From Candidatus Nitrosopelagicus sp. (lineage in GTDB: Archaea > Thermoproteota > Nitrososphaeria > Nitrososphaerales > Nitrosopumilaceae): 64,000 nucleotides of DNA. The DNA lies in NCBI GenBank assembly GCA_028343435.1, contig JAOLYM010000001.1, forward strand, positions 40,525-104,524, given 5' to 3'. Position numbers and translations under genes: made by a program. Positions within the stretch are counted from its first letter, which is position 1, and each line of letters begins with the position of its first letter. The notes under the pieces are model-generated. The model saw nothing but the letters and a program-made list of their open reading frames with translations, was not told where the DNA came from and did no database searches. Shown here one piece after another: positions 1 through 10,844 of this stretch.

Positions 1-40
1 CATCATACAGCACCCCTTCAACATCAAAAATTGCTAACAA
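1..40 (-). CDS. serB: Phosphoserine phosphatase SerB-like HAD hydrolase, 5' end only (runs off window start)
   Basis: Minus strand from TTG at 40 reads MLAIFDVEGVLYD, a HAD motif I as seen in thaumarchaeal SerB; only 13 codons are visible. Confidence 0.55.
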   Translation of the reverse strand, partial: MLAIFDVEGVLYD

Positions 41-143
41 TTATTTTCTATTTTCACAAAAAAAGTTCATCATATAAAAGTTGAAATAAAACAATCCGAT
101 CTACAATAGCTAGTAATAAATCAGCCTTCATGGAAATTTGACC

Positions 144-437
144 ATGGTTGACGAATTAGAACACAAATACGAAGTAAAAGTTCAAGCAAGAGAAGGACGA
201 CAAAAACTTCCAAACGATGTAAAAGAAATTCTAAAAGAAGGCGGAATGATGGACGAGAAAGGAAAATTGAAGTTGAAAGGAGTTAGCCCAAAAATGCTGA
301 AGAAAATGAAACAAGAATTTGTTGAATGCCCAGTCTTAAAAGACGAGGTTCATTTCATTCAATGTTTTGTTTGTACAAATTTTCAAAGCAGAGTTATGGG
401 AAGCGTCTTGTGTAAAGGCGATGCACTCAAAGATTAG
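144..437 (+). CDS. Hypothetical protein with C-terminal Cys cluster
   Basis: ORF with CPV...CFVC...C pattern; ATG at 144 preferred over TTG at 138. Confidence 0.65.
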   Translation: MVDELEHKYEVKVQAREGRQKLPNDVKEILKEGGMMDEKGKLKLKGVSPKMLKKMKQEFVECPVLKDEVHFIQCFVCTNFQSRVMGSVLCKGDALKD

Positions 438-799
438 CAGTAATTCGCTTAATTTGAGAAACAATTTTCATTTTTCGTTGTATTGTTAATTCTGGCTCCA
501 TCGTAACGAAGATAGTTTTTCTTGTAGTATAGATAACAAACTGAGTGACTTTTTCACGCTCAACATGTACATATCTTACTTTCCCAAGAGGACGATCAAA
601 TTCCTTTCTCATTTTTCGTCTTAGTGATACCTGTTTACAAAAATTTTCTTCTTGTCTTTGTGTTTCAAGTGAATTTTTACCGGTTTTCATTATTCCTTCA
701 ACAATGTTACCTTTGAGATCAATTATTGATGCAAATCTCATTTGAGAATCTAAGGAAATTATTTTTTCAATTATAGCAAGAAGATCTTGTTTAGCCATA
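427..799 (-). CDS. Thaumarchaeal roadblock/DUF6659-like protein
   Basis: MRFASIIDLKG...RRKMRKEFDRPLGKVRYVHVEREKV pattern typical of this family; start at MAKQ. Confidence 0.6.
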
Positions 800-888
800 T
801 GTCTCATAACCCATGATTTTCAATATAATTCTAGGTTTCAAATGTCTAGAAACAAGACTAAATAATTACAAAATTCTTGTCTTTTCAA

Positions 889-2331
889 ATGGGAAAAGAG
901 ATTGGAGTCACTGTAAAGAAATCAGAAGATTTTAGTGAGTGGTACACACAGACGGTCATCAAATCAGAGCTTGTAGATTACGCCCCAGTGAAAGGTTTGA
1001 TTGTTCTAAGACCAGACGGGTATTCTATTTGGGAATCAATAAAAGCCTCACTCGACAAAAAATTTGTAGCGACAGGTCATAGAAATGGATTTTTACCAAC
1101 TTTAATTCCTGAATCACTATTAACAAAAGAAAAAGATCATTTTGCAGGATTTAATCCGGAAGTATTTTGGGTAACTAAATCAGGAGAAGGTGAACTTGGC
1201 GATAGATTAGCATTAAGACCAACCTCAGAAACTTTAGCTTATACATTGTTTTCAAAATGGATTAGAAGTTGGAGAGATTTACCGTTAAAAATTAATTTTT
1301 GGAATACAGCATTAAGAGCAGAGATTAAAGCGACAAAACCATTTTTGAGAACATCAGAATTTTTATGGCAAGAAGGACATACAGTCCACACAAATAGTGA
1401 TGAAGCACAAAAAGAAGTTACAGATATTTTAGAATTATATAAAAAAACAGTTGAAGAAGAATTAGCAATTCCAGTAATTACTGGAAAAAAATCTGAAAAA
1501 GAAAAATTTGTAGGAGCAGTTTATACTTTTACCATGGAGTCATTAATGCCAGATGGCAAGGCATTGCAGATGGGTACATCACATTTTCTTGGACAAAATT
1601 TCTCAAAACCATTTGAGGTAAAATTTGCAGATAAAGAGAATGTAGAGAGTTATGCATGGCAAACATCGTGGGGAGTTTCATGGAGATTAATTGGCGGAAT
1701 GATTATGGTCCATGGGGACGATAAGGGATTGGTGTTGCCTCCAAGGGTTGCGCCAATTCAGGTAGTCATAATTCCAATTTATTATTCAGATGAGGACAAA
1801 GAAAAAATTGAGAAAGTTTCAAAAGAAATTGAAGAGAAACTAAAAAATGCAGAGATTAGAGTGCAAGTTGATAATAGAGAAGAGCTTAAACCAGGTTTCA
1901 AGTTTAATGAATGGGAAATGAAAGGAATCCCATTACGAATTGAAATTGGACCAAAAGATTTAGAAAAAAATCAGGTCACATTTGCTAGAAGACATAATCG
2001 TCAAAAAGATGATCAAACAATTACAGGTCTTGTAGAAAGAGTAGTTTCAGAATTGGATAAAATTCATAATGATATGTTTTCAGATGCAAAAAAAATTCTA
2101 GAAGATAGAACCTCAGAAGTCAACACATATGATGAATTTAAAACTGAACTTGAAAAAGGGCGACTGATTAAAGCACCAATTTGTGATAATCCAAAATGTG
2201 AAGAAGAAATTAAAGAAGAAACTAGTGCCGATGTGAGAGTAATAACAAGTGATTCCGATGATAGAACTTCAAAATGTATTAAATGCTCAGATCAGAGTAC
2301 TAGTAGACCTTTATTTGCAAGAGGCTACTAG
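889..2331 (+). CDS. proS: Prolyl-tRNA synthetase (archaeal/eukaryotic type)
   Basis: DFSEWY, LRPTSET, FLRTSEFLWQEGHT, QTSWGVSWR motifs; C-terminal Zn domain and terminal ARGY. Confidence 0.97.
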   Translation: MGKEIGVTVKKSEDFSEWYTQTVIKSELVDYAPVKGLIVLRPDGYSIWESIKASLDKKFVATGHRNGFLPTLIPESLLTKEKDHFAGFNPEVFWVTKSGEGELGDRLALRPTSETLAYTLFSKWIRSWRDLPLKINFWNTALRAEIKATKPFLRTSEFLWQEGHTVHTNSDEAQKEVTDILELYKKTVEEELAIPVITGKKSEKEKFVGAVYTFTMESLMPDGKALQMGTSHFLGQNFSKPFEVKFADKENVESYAWQTSWGVSWRLIGGMIMVHGDDKGLVLPPRVAPIQVVIIPIYYSDEDKEKIEKVSKEIEEKLKNAEIRVQVDNREELKPGFKFNEWEMKGIPLRIEIGPKDLEKNQVTFARRHNRQKDDQTITGLVERVVSELDKIHNDMFSDAKKILEDRTSEVNTYDEFKTELEKGRLIKAPICDNPKCEEEIKEETSADVRVITSDSDDRTSKCIKCSDQSTSRPLFARGY

Positions 2332-2402
2332 GAATTCATTTCAACATAAATTCAATTTTCATACAGATCAGATATCTATAACTGAGAATCTACTTAAATA
2401 GA

Positions 2403-2615
2403 ATGCAAGAAAAAAAGAAAAGGGAATTACCAGTTCTTGATTCCACAGAAATGCCGGAGTCACTTGATTGTACAACGTGTTTGTTACCTATGCAATATCA
2501 AAAAAAGGAAGAAGGAAAATTTGTGTGGCAGTGTTTTAGATGTGGAAAAAAATATTTTGTGTACACAGAAGATGGAAAGACTACTATTGAAGAAACATGG
2601 GGACCACCAAGATAA
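2403..2615 (+). CDS. Small Zn-ribbon protein
   Basis: CTTC...WQCFRCG paired CxxC motifs. Confidence 0.6.
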   Translation: MQEKKKRELPVLDSTEMPESLDCTTCLLPMQYQKKEEGKFVWQCFRCGKKYFVYTEDGKTTIEETWGPPR

Positions 2616-2645
2616 CTTCATGTATAGTAAAATTAATGATAATCC

Positions 2646-3032
2646 ATGAGAGAATCAGAAACTTTTGGTTCAGAGAAGGGGTCAGGAGAAGAACTTGTAC
2701 AGTGGCTTAACGATGAGGCAATAAAACGAAAAATGAAGTTTGAAGCAAGATTATATGATTATGTGATTAAAACAGAAAATTTTGGTACGTTTGAAATGTT
2801 TTCATGGATGGGAGACGTAAAGACAGCAAGAAGTTTAATCGTTAAAGCAAGTAAAAAATTTAGAGTTAAAGTCATAGAAGGAGGATACAAGGCTAAAGAA
2901 AAAGTTTACAGTACAAAAAAAGCAGATTTTGCAATGGTTAGAAAAGGAGACAGAATTATTGGTCATTTGAAATTTACCGCACCAAGAATTGGAAAAGGTG
3001 ATTGGGAATTAGTAGAGGAAGAAAGAAGATAA
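2646..3032 (+). CDS. Hypothetical protein
   Basis: 128 aa ORF; stop overlaps the next ATG (TAATG). Confidence 0.65.
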   Translation: MRESETFGSEKGSGEELVQWLNDEAIKRKMKFEARLYDYVIKTENFGTFEMFSWMGDVKTARSLIVKASKKFRVKVIEGGYKAKEKVYSTKKADFAMVRKGDRIIGHLKFTAPRIGKGDWELVEEERR

Positions 3033-3904
3033 TGAAAATCGGCATTATTGGAACAGGAATGTTAGGTGAAGCAGTGGGATTACATTTACTTAACGTAGGG
3101 TATGAAGTAATAGTTTTTAACAGAACTAAAGAAAAAACTAAAAATCTTAAAAAAAATGGAGCGATAGTTGTTGAATCACCCAAACATGTTGCAGAGAATT
3201 CAGATTTAGTGATAACGGTAGTAAAAGATGCAGGTGCAGTGAATGATGTAATTTTTGGTAGTTCTGGGATAATTATGGGAAAACACGATGGAATGTGTAT
3301 TGCAGATATGAGTACAATTAATCCAAATTCAAGCAAAGAAATTTCAGAAAAAGTTACTACTGCAGGCATAGATTATTTAGAAATACCTGTTATGGGTGGC
3401 CCAAATGTTGCAATTGATGGGAAATTAGTACTAATGGCGTCAGGTAGAAACGATATTTTTGAAAAATTTAAAAAAGTTTTTGATGTAATAGCAGAACAAT
3501 CATTTTACTTAGGAAGTACGGGTACTGCACACTCAATTAAATTGGCAATGAATTTACAAATTTCAATGCTTGCATTATCACTTTCAGAAGGAATTACATT
3601 GACAAAAAAAGCAGGATTTGAACCAGAAATATTTTTGAAAATTTTGAATTCAACTTATTTTAAAACAGGTATGAGTGAAGACAAGGCCTACAAAATGATC
3701 AAAGGAAGTTATGAACCTACATTTACACTTGCGAATTTGAAAAAAGATCTTGATACAATTTATGATGCAGCAGATTCATGTAATGCAGAACTACCTATGG
3801 CAAAACTTGCAAGAAAAATTTATGCTGATGCAAAAGATGCAGGATTTGGGGATGTAGACTACACAGGAATCATAGCACACATTGCAAAATTATCAGAAAA
3901 ATAA
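3032..3904 (+). CDS. NAD(P)-dependent beta-hydroxyacid dehydrogenase (3-hydroxyisobutyrate/6PGD family)
   Basis: MKIGIIGTGMLG Rossmann motif, DMSTI, PVMGG, KLAMN catalytic Lys. Confidence 0.9.
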   Translation: MKIGIIGTGMLGEAVGLHLLNVGYEVIVFNRTKEKTKNLKKNGAIVVESPKHVAENSDLVITVVKDAGAVNDVIFGSSGIIMGKHDGMCIADMSTINPNSSKEISEKVTTAGIDYLEIPVMGGPNVAIDGKLVLMASGRNDIFEKFKKVFDVIAEQSFYLGSTGTAHSIKLAMNLQISMLALSLSEGITLTKKAGFEPEIFLKILNSTYFKTGMSEDKAYKMIKGSYEPTFTLANLKKDLDTIYDAADSCNAELPMAKLARKIYADAKDAGFGDVDYTGIIAHIAKLSEK

Positions 3905-6900
3905 CTATTGCTGATTTTCTAGAGAAGATAACAATCTCTTATCCTTGTATTTTACAACATGAGATACACCATGTTTTGGGAATACACCATAAATTAGACG
4001 TGCCTTTTCTACAACAGAGTCTTTAAGAGAAACCATAATGAATTGACTACCTTCAGATCTTTCTTTAATTATATTAGATAATTTTTCCGTGTTTGGTGCA
4101 TCAAGATGTGCATCAACTTCATCAAATAGATAGAATGGTGATGGGTTTAGTTTTTGAAGTGCCAATACAAAGACGGTTGCAGCAAGAGTTTTTTCACCAC
4201 CACTAATTGATGTTGATTCTCTTTTTGGTTTTCCAGGGAATTGAATTAAATAATTTAATCCGGAATTAAATATGTCATCTTCATTTTCAAGTTCTAACCA
4301 AGCACTACCGCCAGTCATTTTTGAGAATGCATCCCTTACCTGTGTATCAACGGTATCAAATGCATCGAGGAATGTCTGTCTCTTGTCTTTTTCTACAGAT
4401 TCAATAAATGCAACAATGGTATTACGTTCTTTTTCAAGCATATTCTTTTTAGAGGATGAAGATTTGTATCCATTTGAAATTTCTACATATTGTAATGGTG
4501 CACCAGCATTAAGAGAATTTTTTATACGATTTTGTTCAGACTCGAGTGATGAGATAGTAGATTCAACATCAAATACTTCAATAGTATTGTCAAATCCAAA
4601 GGTGGTAAGAAGAGAAGTTATTTTAGATTCTTTTTGACGCAGATCAGTAAGATCACGATTTAATGCATCAGTATTTCTTTCACGTGAAGTGATTTCTTTT
4701 GTTGAATCACGTTCCTTGGAGTTTAAATTTTCAAGACTATTATCAAATTCGGACATTTTTTCTACTGAAGTGCCAGAAGTTGAAATGAGTTTTTGCTCTT
4801 CATCACGTAATGTGACAAGTGCAGATTCAGCAGTTTCATTATCTTTTGTTGCACGACGTATTTCAACTTCTAAATGATATTTTTCTTGACTCATTGTTGC
4901 ACATGTATGCTGAAGATTTTTCTTTTCGGCAGTAATTTTTGTATCATGAGCCATCAATTCAGCAAGATGAGATTGTTTTTGTTTAAGTTCACTGTGTATA
5001 GGTGCTAATTTTTTATCTTGTTCAACTATTTCTTCATTAACAAGGGTAAGTTCATTTGCAATTCTATCCATTTGAGGTTCTGCATAATTATCTCTAACAA
5101 GCTTAATTTGAGATTCCAAGGATTCCAGATGAGATTTACGATTAATTAATTCTCGTGAAAATCTTTCTTGTGTTCGTTTTAATTGATTGATTCTTGAGTC
5201 AAAAGATTTTTTATTATTATATATTTGAGATATACGAATTTTTAGTTCAGAGAGGCTATTGATAGTAGTAGTCATTCCAACTTCGGATAAAGACAGTCTT
5301 TTTTCATAGTTTTTTACTAGTAAATCCAATTTTTTTGCACGATTTTTCTTTTTTGTGACTGTTTGTCTTAGTGCAGCAATCATTTGTTGAAGTCCTTCAA
5401 CTGAATCACTCATGTTAATAATTTTGGTTAATTTTGAAATTTTTGAGTTATTATCAATTGTAACCGATGTTGTTTTTGCTTCAAAATATTCACCAGATAT
5501 GGTAATTGTTTTGAATCCTGATTTTGATAATTGAATCGCAATATTTCGTGATTCAACTAATACAACATTTCCAAAAAGGAAATTTTTGAGTGCTAAAAAC
5601 TTTTTTTCACATTTAACATAATCAGATAATATGCCTAAAACACCATTTTGTTTTGGATATTCAATTTTTACTTCAGGAATTGATTCTAATGGGATAATTT
5701 TGAGTTTTGGTAATTTTTTATCTGTGACAAATTCGGCAAGAGAAATAAGAGATTCAAAATCTTTTACAACTACTGCTTTTATCCAATTAGAGCAAACTGC
5801 AAGTGATGCACGCTCATACTTTTTATCCCAAGAAAGAATTTCATAAACTAAACCTTCTATTCCAAAATCTTGTGTACTATGTTTGAGTTTTGAAATTGAA
5901 TAGTCTTCATGCATTATGCCTTTAGCAAATTTAATTTTTGTTTCATATTTGTTTGCACCTTTAGATGATGCATCTATTAATTCAGATAGCTCATGAATAT
6001 CACTTTCAGATCTTGTTTTATCATCAGTAAATTTTTTTATTCTTAAATTAATTTCAGAAATAGAAGATTTATGATTTTCAATTATACGTTCAAGTTTTAT
6101 TTTTTGTTTATCTAATGTTTCAAGACTTTGCAAAAGTGAATTAAATTTTTCCTGATTAGATGAGAGTTTTTCAGATGCATTTGTAAATCCAGATTCATAC
6201 TCACCAACTCCCAATTTTGTATTTGTTATTTTATCAGTTAAGCGTTGAATTTTTCCATCAACTTCACGTTTTTGATTTATCACTTGAGATTGTTTTCTTA
6301 ATGCTTCAGTTTTTTGAACTCGGAGAGTATTTGTTTTTTCATCAAATGATTTTTCAGTTTTACGGAGATTGTTTATTTGATTTTTAAAATATGATACTTG
6401 TGATTCAGAGAATGATTTTTGGATTTGTAAGTTATTAAGATTTATTTTATGATTTGGAAGATTGGTATCAATTTCAGTTAGACGATTGGTACTTGTTTTG
6501 ATTAAACTATCGGCTTCATCGAATTTTCGTCTTTCATAACTTAATTTTGTCTCTATTTCAGATTTTGATTTGTTATAGGCATTAACTTCATCCATGAATT
6601 TTGTTTTTTGTGCCCTAATCTCTGATGCATCTTTTCTGAGACTAGATCGTTCTTCTTCAAGATGTTTTATCTCCGAAGTTAAAGAATTCAGAGTCTTATC
6701 TTTAGATATTTTTTCAGATTGAATTGTTTTTAGATTTGTCGCTGCAGATACTGCACGATATCGATTTAATTCACGTTCAAGAAGGTCATATCGAAGTTTT
6801 TTATTTCGTTCTTCTTCTAATTCATCAATTCTTTTCTTTACTTCACCCATCTTAGCCATTGCAATTTCCAATTTATGATCTGCATCTGTCAATTGTTTTT

Positions 6901-7441
6901 CTGCTTCCTTTTTCTTTTCATCAAAAGCAGAAAGACCAATTAAATCCTCTATGACAATTCTTTTTTCTTCAGAAGTCATTTCAGAAATTCTAGTGACAGT
7001 TCCTTGTTGGACATTATTGATTTGGTTAAGACCCGCATTTGCAATTTCCATAAGATCTAAAATTTTTGAGCGTATGACCTTCTTTTTATTTAGATAGTAA
7101 ATGTTATCACCTTTTTCATTCATTTCTCTTGTGATTGTGACAATATCAGAATCAACAGGAATTTTTCTATCAAGATTATCAAAATGTACACTAGTTCTAG
7201 CCATTTTAGGCCCACGTCTTGTTGAACCTTCAACATCATGCATAAGGCCACGTAAATTTGGTGCACGCATTATTTTTGCTCTATTTTCACCAAGTGCAAA
7301 AGTAATTGCATCTAAGATATTACTTTTACCAGAGCCATTAGGTCCAGAAATTGATACCAAACCAGGTTCAAAATCTACGATCGTGTTTTTGAATCCAAAC
7401 GATTTGAAACCAAAGATCTCAACTTTTTTTACATGAACCAT
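3905..7441 (-). CDS. smc: Chromosome segregation protein SMC
   Basis: FKSF, Walker A GPNGSGKS, coiled coils, hinge, ISGGEK signature, Walker B FYLFDEVDAHLD; start at MVHVKK. Confidence 0.96.
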   Translation of the reverse strand: MVHVKKVEIFGFKSFGFKNTIVDFEPGLVSISGPNGSGKSNILDAITFALGENRAKIMRAPNLRGLMHDVEGSTRRGPKMARTSVHFDNLDRKIPVDSDIVTITREMNEKGDNIYYLNKKKVIRSKILDLMEIANAGLNQINNVQQGTVTRISEMTSEEKRIVIEDLIGLSAFDEKKKEAEKQLTDADHKLEIAMAKMGEVKKRIDELEEERNKKLRYDLLERELNRYRAVSAATNLKTIQSEKISKDKTLNSLTSEIKHLEEERSSLRKDASEIRAQKTKFMDEVNAYNKSKSEIETKLSYERRKFDEADSLIKTSTNRLTEIDTNLPNHKINLNNLQIQKSFSESQVSYFKNQINNLRKTEKSFDEKTNTLRVQKTEALRKQSQVINQKREVDGKIQRLTDKITNTKLGVGEYESGFTNASEKLSSNQEKFNSLLQSLETLDKQKIKLERIIENHKSSISEINLRIKKFTDDKTRSESDIHELSELIDASSKGANKYETKIKFAKGIMHEDYSISKLKHSTQDFGIEGLVYEILSWDKKYERASLAVCSNWIKAVVVKDFESLISLAEFVTDKKLPKLKIIPLESIPEVKIEYPKQNGVLGILSDYVKCEKKFLALKNFLFGNVVLVESRNIAIQLSKSGFKTITISGEYFEAKTTSVTIDNNSKISKLTKIINMSDSVEGLQQMIAALRQTVTKKKNRAKKLDLLVKNYEKRLSLSEVGMTTTINSLSELKIRISQIYNNKKSFDSRINQLKRTQERFSRELINRKSHLESLESQIKLVRDNYAEPQMDRIANELTLVNEEIVEQDKKLAPIHSELKQKQSHLAELMAHDTKITAEKKNLQHTCATMSQEKYHLEVEIRRATKDNETAESALVTLRDEEQKLISTSGTSVEKMSEFDNSLENLNSKERDSTKEITSRERNTDALNRDLTDLRQKESKITSLLTTFGFDNTIEVFDVESTISSLESEQNRIKNSLNAGAPLQYVEISNGYKSSSSKKNMLEKERNTIVAFIESVEKDKRQTFLDAFDTVDTQVRDAFSKMTGGSAWLELENEDDIFNSGLNYLIQFPGKPKRESTSISGGEKTLAATVFVLALQKLNPSPFYLFDEVDAHLDAPNTEKLSNIIKERSEGSQFIMVSLKDSVVEKARLIYGVFPKHGVSHVVKYKDKRLLSSLENQQ

Positions 7442-7537
7442 TAATGAACATGAAACATAGAGTTGCATAATTAACATGAACAAGTAATTTTGACTTTGGT
7501 AACAAACTTTGTAGTGTTATGAATAAGATTAGAGCGG

Positions 7538-8632
7538 TTATTCGCCTTTTACAAAATTTTCAATTTCAGTTTTTGCAATAGGATCAGTCATTTGTTGTAT
7601 TGGATGTTTCATTAGATATGCAGATGCAGGAATGATTGGACCACCCAAACCACGATCAAGAGCAATTTTTGCGAGTCTTATTGCATCAATAACTATTCCA
7701 GCAGAATTTGCCTTGTCATCTACTTCTAGTCTAACTTCCATATTATACGGAATATTTGCCCATTGTCTGCCTTCAATCCTCATAAACATGAGTTTTGTAT
7801 TTCCTAAGAAAGGAATGAAATCTGAAGGGCCCACATAGATATTATCATCATCCAATCTATCAGTAAGTTGACTTTGAACGCTCTCGGTTTTTGATATTTT
7901 TTTACTAACAAGACGTTCTTGTTCTTTCATATTCAGGAAATCTGTATTTCCACCAACGTTAATCTGATAAGTTTTCTCTATCTTTGTTCCACGTTCATCA
8001 CATAATCGTGCAAGTGTTCTATGAACAATTGTTGCTCCGACCTGACCTTTAATATCATCACCAATAATTGGAATATTTTTATCAGTGAACTTTTGAGCCC
8101 ACTCTTTATCAGATGCGATAAATGCAGGCATGCAATTTACAAATGCCGTATTTGTATCCAAACACACTTGAGCCCAAAATTGAGTTGCTTTTTCAGAGCC
8201 AACAGGCAAATATGAGACTATAATTTCTACACCCGTTTCTTTCAAAACTTTTATTATTTCTTCACGTAACTCAGATTCAGATTTTCCACTTTCAATAGGT
8301 TTTACCTTATTTTCTACCCATATTCCAACGCCATCAAGAGCAGGACTTTCATAAACATTTCCATTTGCTTTAGGCATGTCATTCTTATCAATCCAATTTA
8401 CCATATTAGGCAATTCGTAAATTGCGTCATTGATTGGTTTTCCGACCTTATTGGCACCAACATCAAATCCAGCGACAAATTCAATGTCATGAATAGTATA
8501 ATCACGTAAATTTTCATGTATTATGCCAGTAACCTTCTGAGAAGGATTTTTTGAATAATACTCAATTCCTTGGATAAGTCCAGAAAAACAGTTTCCTAAA
8601 CCAACTAATGCGACCTTAATTTTTTCGGGCAT
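7538..8632 (-). CDS. ino1: Myo-inositol-1-phosphate synthase
   Basis: GLGNC, SYLPVGS, GDDIKGQVGAT, NVGGNTDFLN, DKANSAG motifs. Confidence 0.93.
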   Translation of the reverse strand: MPEKIKVALVGLGNCFSGLIQGIEYYSKNPSQKVTGIIHENLRDYTIHDIEFVAGFDVGANKVGKPINDAIYELPNMVNWIDKNDMPKANGNVYESPALDGVGIWVENKVKPIESGKSESELREEIIKVLKETGVEIIVSYLPVGSEKATQFWAQVCLDTNTAFVNCMPAFIASDKEWAQKFTDKNIPIIGDDIKGQVGATIVHRTLARLCDERGTKIEKTYQINVGGNTDFLNMKEQERLVSKKISKTESVQSQLTDRLDDDNIYVGPSDFIPFLGNTKLMFMRIEGRQWANIPYNMEVRLEVDDKANSAGIVIDAIRLAKIALDRGLGGPIIPASAYLMKHPIQQMTDPIAKTEIENFVKGE

Positions 8633-8712
8633 TCGTCAAATTGTGAATTACTTACAGTTTAAAGTTTTCCTAGAAAGATAAATTATTTTAGATGTAGTGT
8701 ATGGAGTATAGT

Positions 8713-9423
8713 ATGACTAATGATATAGAAATCAAAGAGATCGTACCAATAAATTTGGAAGGCGGTACGCTAGTTAACGGATTCCCATCTTCTGGAATCA
8801 CAAGTGCAATAGCTACAGAATCTTTGATTAATACGTCGAATTTTGAGTTACAGGCAAATATTGATTCAGACAAATTTCCACCAATTAGTATTATAAAAAA
8901 TGGAATGCCAAATTATGCAACTAGAATATTTGTGAATAAGGATCTAAAAGTTGGAATATTTTCATCTTTTCTTACTCTTGATGTAACAATGCATAGAACT
9001 GCTGCAAGAATGATGTTAGATTGGGCTGAAGAAAAAAAATGTTCAACAATTGTTAGTAGTATCACAGTAAAAGGATCAAACGAACTAGATGTATTTGGAG
9101 TTGCATCGACAGGAAATGCAAGAGGAAAACTTGTTGAGAGTGGAATTACAATGGTAGATCATGCAACAATTCCAGGAATATCAGGAATATTATTGAATGA
9201 AGGTGCAACACGAGGATTAGATGTTATCGTATTGTTAGTAAGTTCAAATAAAGAGATCCCAGATTTCAAGGCTACGGCAAATTTATGCGAAACATTTTCC
9301 AAAGTTATTCCAGGAATATCTTGTAATTTAACAAAACTAGAAAATGAATCAAAAATTATTGAAGAGCAATTGCAACAAGCAACACAAAATACAAAAGATT
9401 TAGGCGACCATATCTATCGTTAA
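8713..9423 (+). CDS. PAC2-family proteasome assembly chaperone
   Basis: LVNGFPSSG N-terminus, SDKFPPI, GISGILL; C-terminal HbYX-like IYR. Confidence 0.8.
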   Translation: MTNDIEIKEIVPINLEGGTLVNGFPSSGITSAIATESLINTSNFELQANIDSDKFPPISIIKNGMPNYATRIFVNKDLKVGIFSSFLTLDVTMHRTAARMMLDWAEEKKCSTIVSSITVKGSNELDVFGVASTGNARGKLVESGITMVDHATIPGISGILLNEGATRGLDVIVLLVSSNKEIPDFKATANLCETFSKVIPGISCNLTKLENESKIIEEQLQQATQNTKDLGDHIYR

Positions 9424-9447
9424 TATCTAGATCAAATTCAATTCAAT

Positions 9448-10062
9448 ATGCAAGAGATATTTGGTTTTTTAGGATTAGTGATAGTAATTTCCGCATCAGG
9501 TGTAATGTCGCCAGGTCCATTATTTGCAGCAAACGTAATGTATGGATTACGTGAAGGGAAAATTTCAGGGATAAAAATGGCGGTAGGACATACCATTGTA
9601 GAATTTCCATTGATACTTTTGTTAGGAATAGGATTTTTTTCTATTGAAAGTATTCCAGAGATTAGAACTGCAATTACATTATTAGGTGCCATAGGATTAT
9701 TTGGATTTGCTATATTACAGATTAGAACAGTAACAAAACAAAAATTTAGTTTAGAAACGAAGTCCAGTCAAGGACCATTTGTAACAGGAATTCTTCTTAG
9801 CGCTTTAAATCCATTTTTCATTATATGGTGGTTAACAATCGGCTTAGTATTAATTTCAGAATCAATACAAATTTTTGGGATAGTTGGAATTGTGGTTCTA
9901 TTTTTATTTCATATCTGGATGGATTATGCATGGTTATTTACCATCGCAGCCTTTTCCTCAAGAGCAAAAAATTACCTATCAAAAAGAAATTTCAAGATCA
10001 TAATTATAGGATTAAGTATAGTTTTAATCTATTTTGGAGTAGAATTTTTATTAAAATTATAA
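9448..10062 (+). CDS. LysE-family translocator
   Basis: SPGPLF and LNPFF..WW motifs, multiple TM helices. Confidence 0.85.
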   Translation: MQEIFGFLGLVIVISASGVMSPGPLFAANVMYGLREGKISGIKMAVGHTIVEFPLILLLGIGFFSIESIPEIRTAITLLGAIGLFGFAILQIRTVTKQKFSLETKSSQGPFVTGILLSALNPFFIIWWLTIGLVLISESIQIFGIVGIVVLFLFHIWMDYAWLFTIAAFSSRAKNYLSKRNFKIIIIGLSIVLIYFGVEFLLKL

Positions 10063-10065
10063 CAG

Positions 10066-10506
10066 TTATTTTGAAATATCAATCTCAATTGTAGAAACAT
10101 TACGAGTTTTTCCATCTCTAGATTCTAATGCATCAGACGAAATTCTTACATCAGAAATACGATAGCCAATAGAGTGCATACGTTTCATAATGAATTGTGA
10201 TACATCTACAGCCTGAGTAATACGTTGACCTCTTGCCTTAATTGTTACTGTAGGTAAAGTCGATAATTGTGTTAATGTTGAATTCACATATGTAACCAAA
10301 GGTTTCACACCTACCAAAATTAATTTTCGAGTAGGTTTTTCTTCTGGACTAAATGGTTTTTTTGGCGATTTTGTTTCAGATTCTGGTGTGCTTGTAGGTT
10401 GTGGTTCTGGTGTGCTTGTAGGTTGTGGTTCTGGTGTGCTTGTAGGTTTTTTTGAATCTTCTAATATCTCATCAAGAATATCAGATGCGTCAGAATTTGA
10501 ACTCAT
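10066..10506 (-). CDS. albA: Alba-family DNA/RNA-binding protein with N-terminal acidic/Pro-rich extension
   Basis: ILVGVKPLVTYV, IKARGQRITQAVDV, RNVSTIEI Alba core. Confidence 0.88.
   Translation of the reverse strand: MSSNSDASDILDEILEDSKKPTSTPEPQPTSTPEPQPTSTPESETKSPKKPFSPEEKPTRKLILVGVKPLVTYVNSTLTQLSTLPTVTIKARGQRITQAVDVSQFIMKRMHSIGYRISDVRISSDALESRDGKTRNVSTIEIDISK
10381..10448. repeat. 24-bp in-frame tandem repeat, about 2.8 copies (encodes PTSTPEPQ in Alba)
   Basis: TTCTGGTGTGCTTGTAGGTTGTGG at 10381 and 10405, partial at 10429. Confidence 0.92.
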
Positions 10507-10524
10507 TAATACTGTAAGACAAGT

Positions 10525-10773
10525 TTATTGTTTTTTAAGCTTCTCTTTTTCAATATAAGATTCAAGTATAGAATGTACATCTTCATCTTTTGAAGATTTG
10601 ATTTTATCTACCAACTCCTTTTCTTCAATTTCAAAACAATTCAAAAATTCCTGATGATCCTTAAAGACTAGAATCACTTTATCCTTGAAAATACAATGAT
10701 AGAATTTTTCATTTTCCATGATTTCAGGATTTACCTTAACACCATCATCATTTACTTCAATTGCCGAATCCAT
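10525..10773 (-). CDS. Hypothetical protein
   Basis: 82 aa ORF with normal codon usage. Confidence 0.65.
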   Translation of the reverse strand: MDSAIEVNDDGVKVNPEIMENEKFYHCIFKDKVILVFKDHQEFLNCFEIEEKELVDKIKSSKDEDVHSILESYIEKEKLKKQ

Positions 10774-10844
10774 TAAACATACTTAGTTCAGATTCAGATA
10801 TAAAATTACGTAATTGTAATAAGAATTGAATTTTAAAACACATT

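Noticed and set aside
2437-2649. Alternative-frame 70-aa ORF overlapping 2403-2615
   Set aside because: The 2403 frame has an ATG start, upstream TTAAATA and coherent paired CxxC motifs
4272-7436. Plus-strand ORFs inside smc, and similar antisense ORFs inside hppA, cdc48 and the aro genes
   Set aside because: Fully nested opposite well-supported genes, with no motifs
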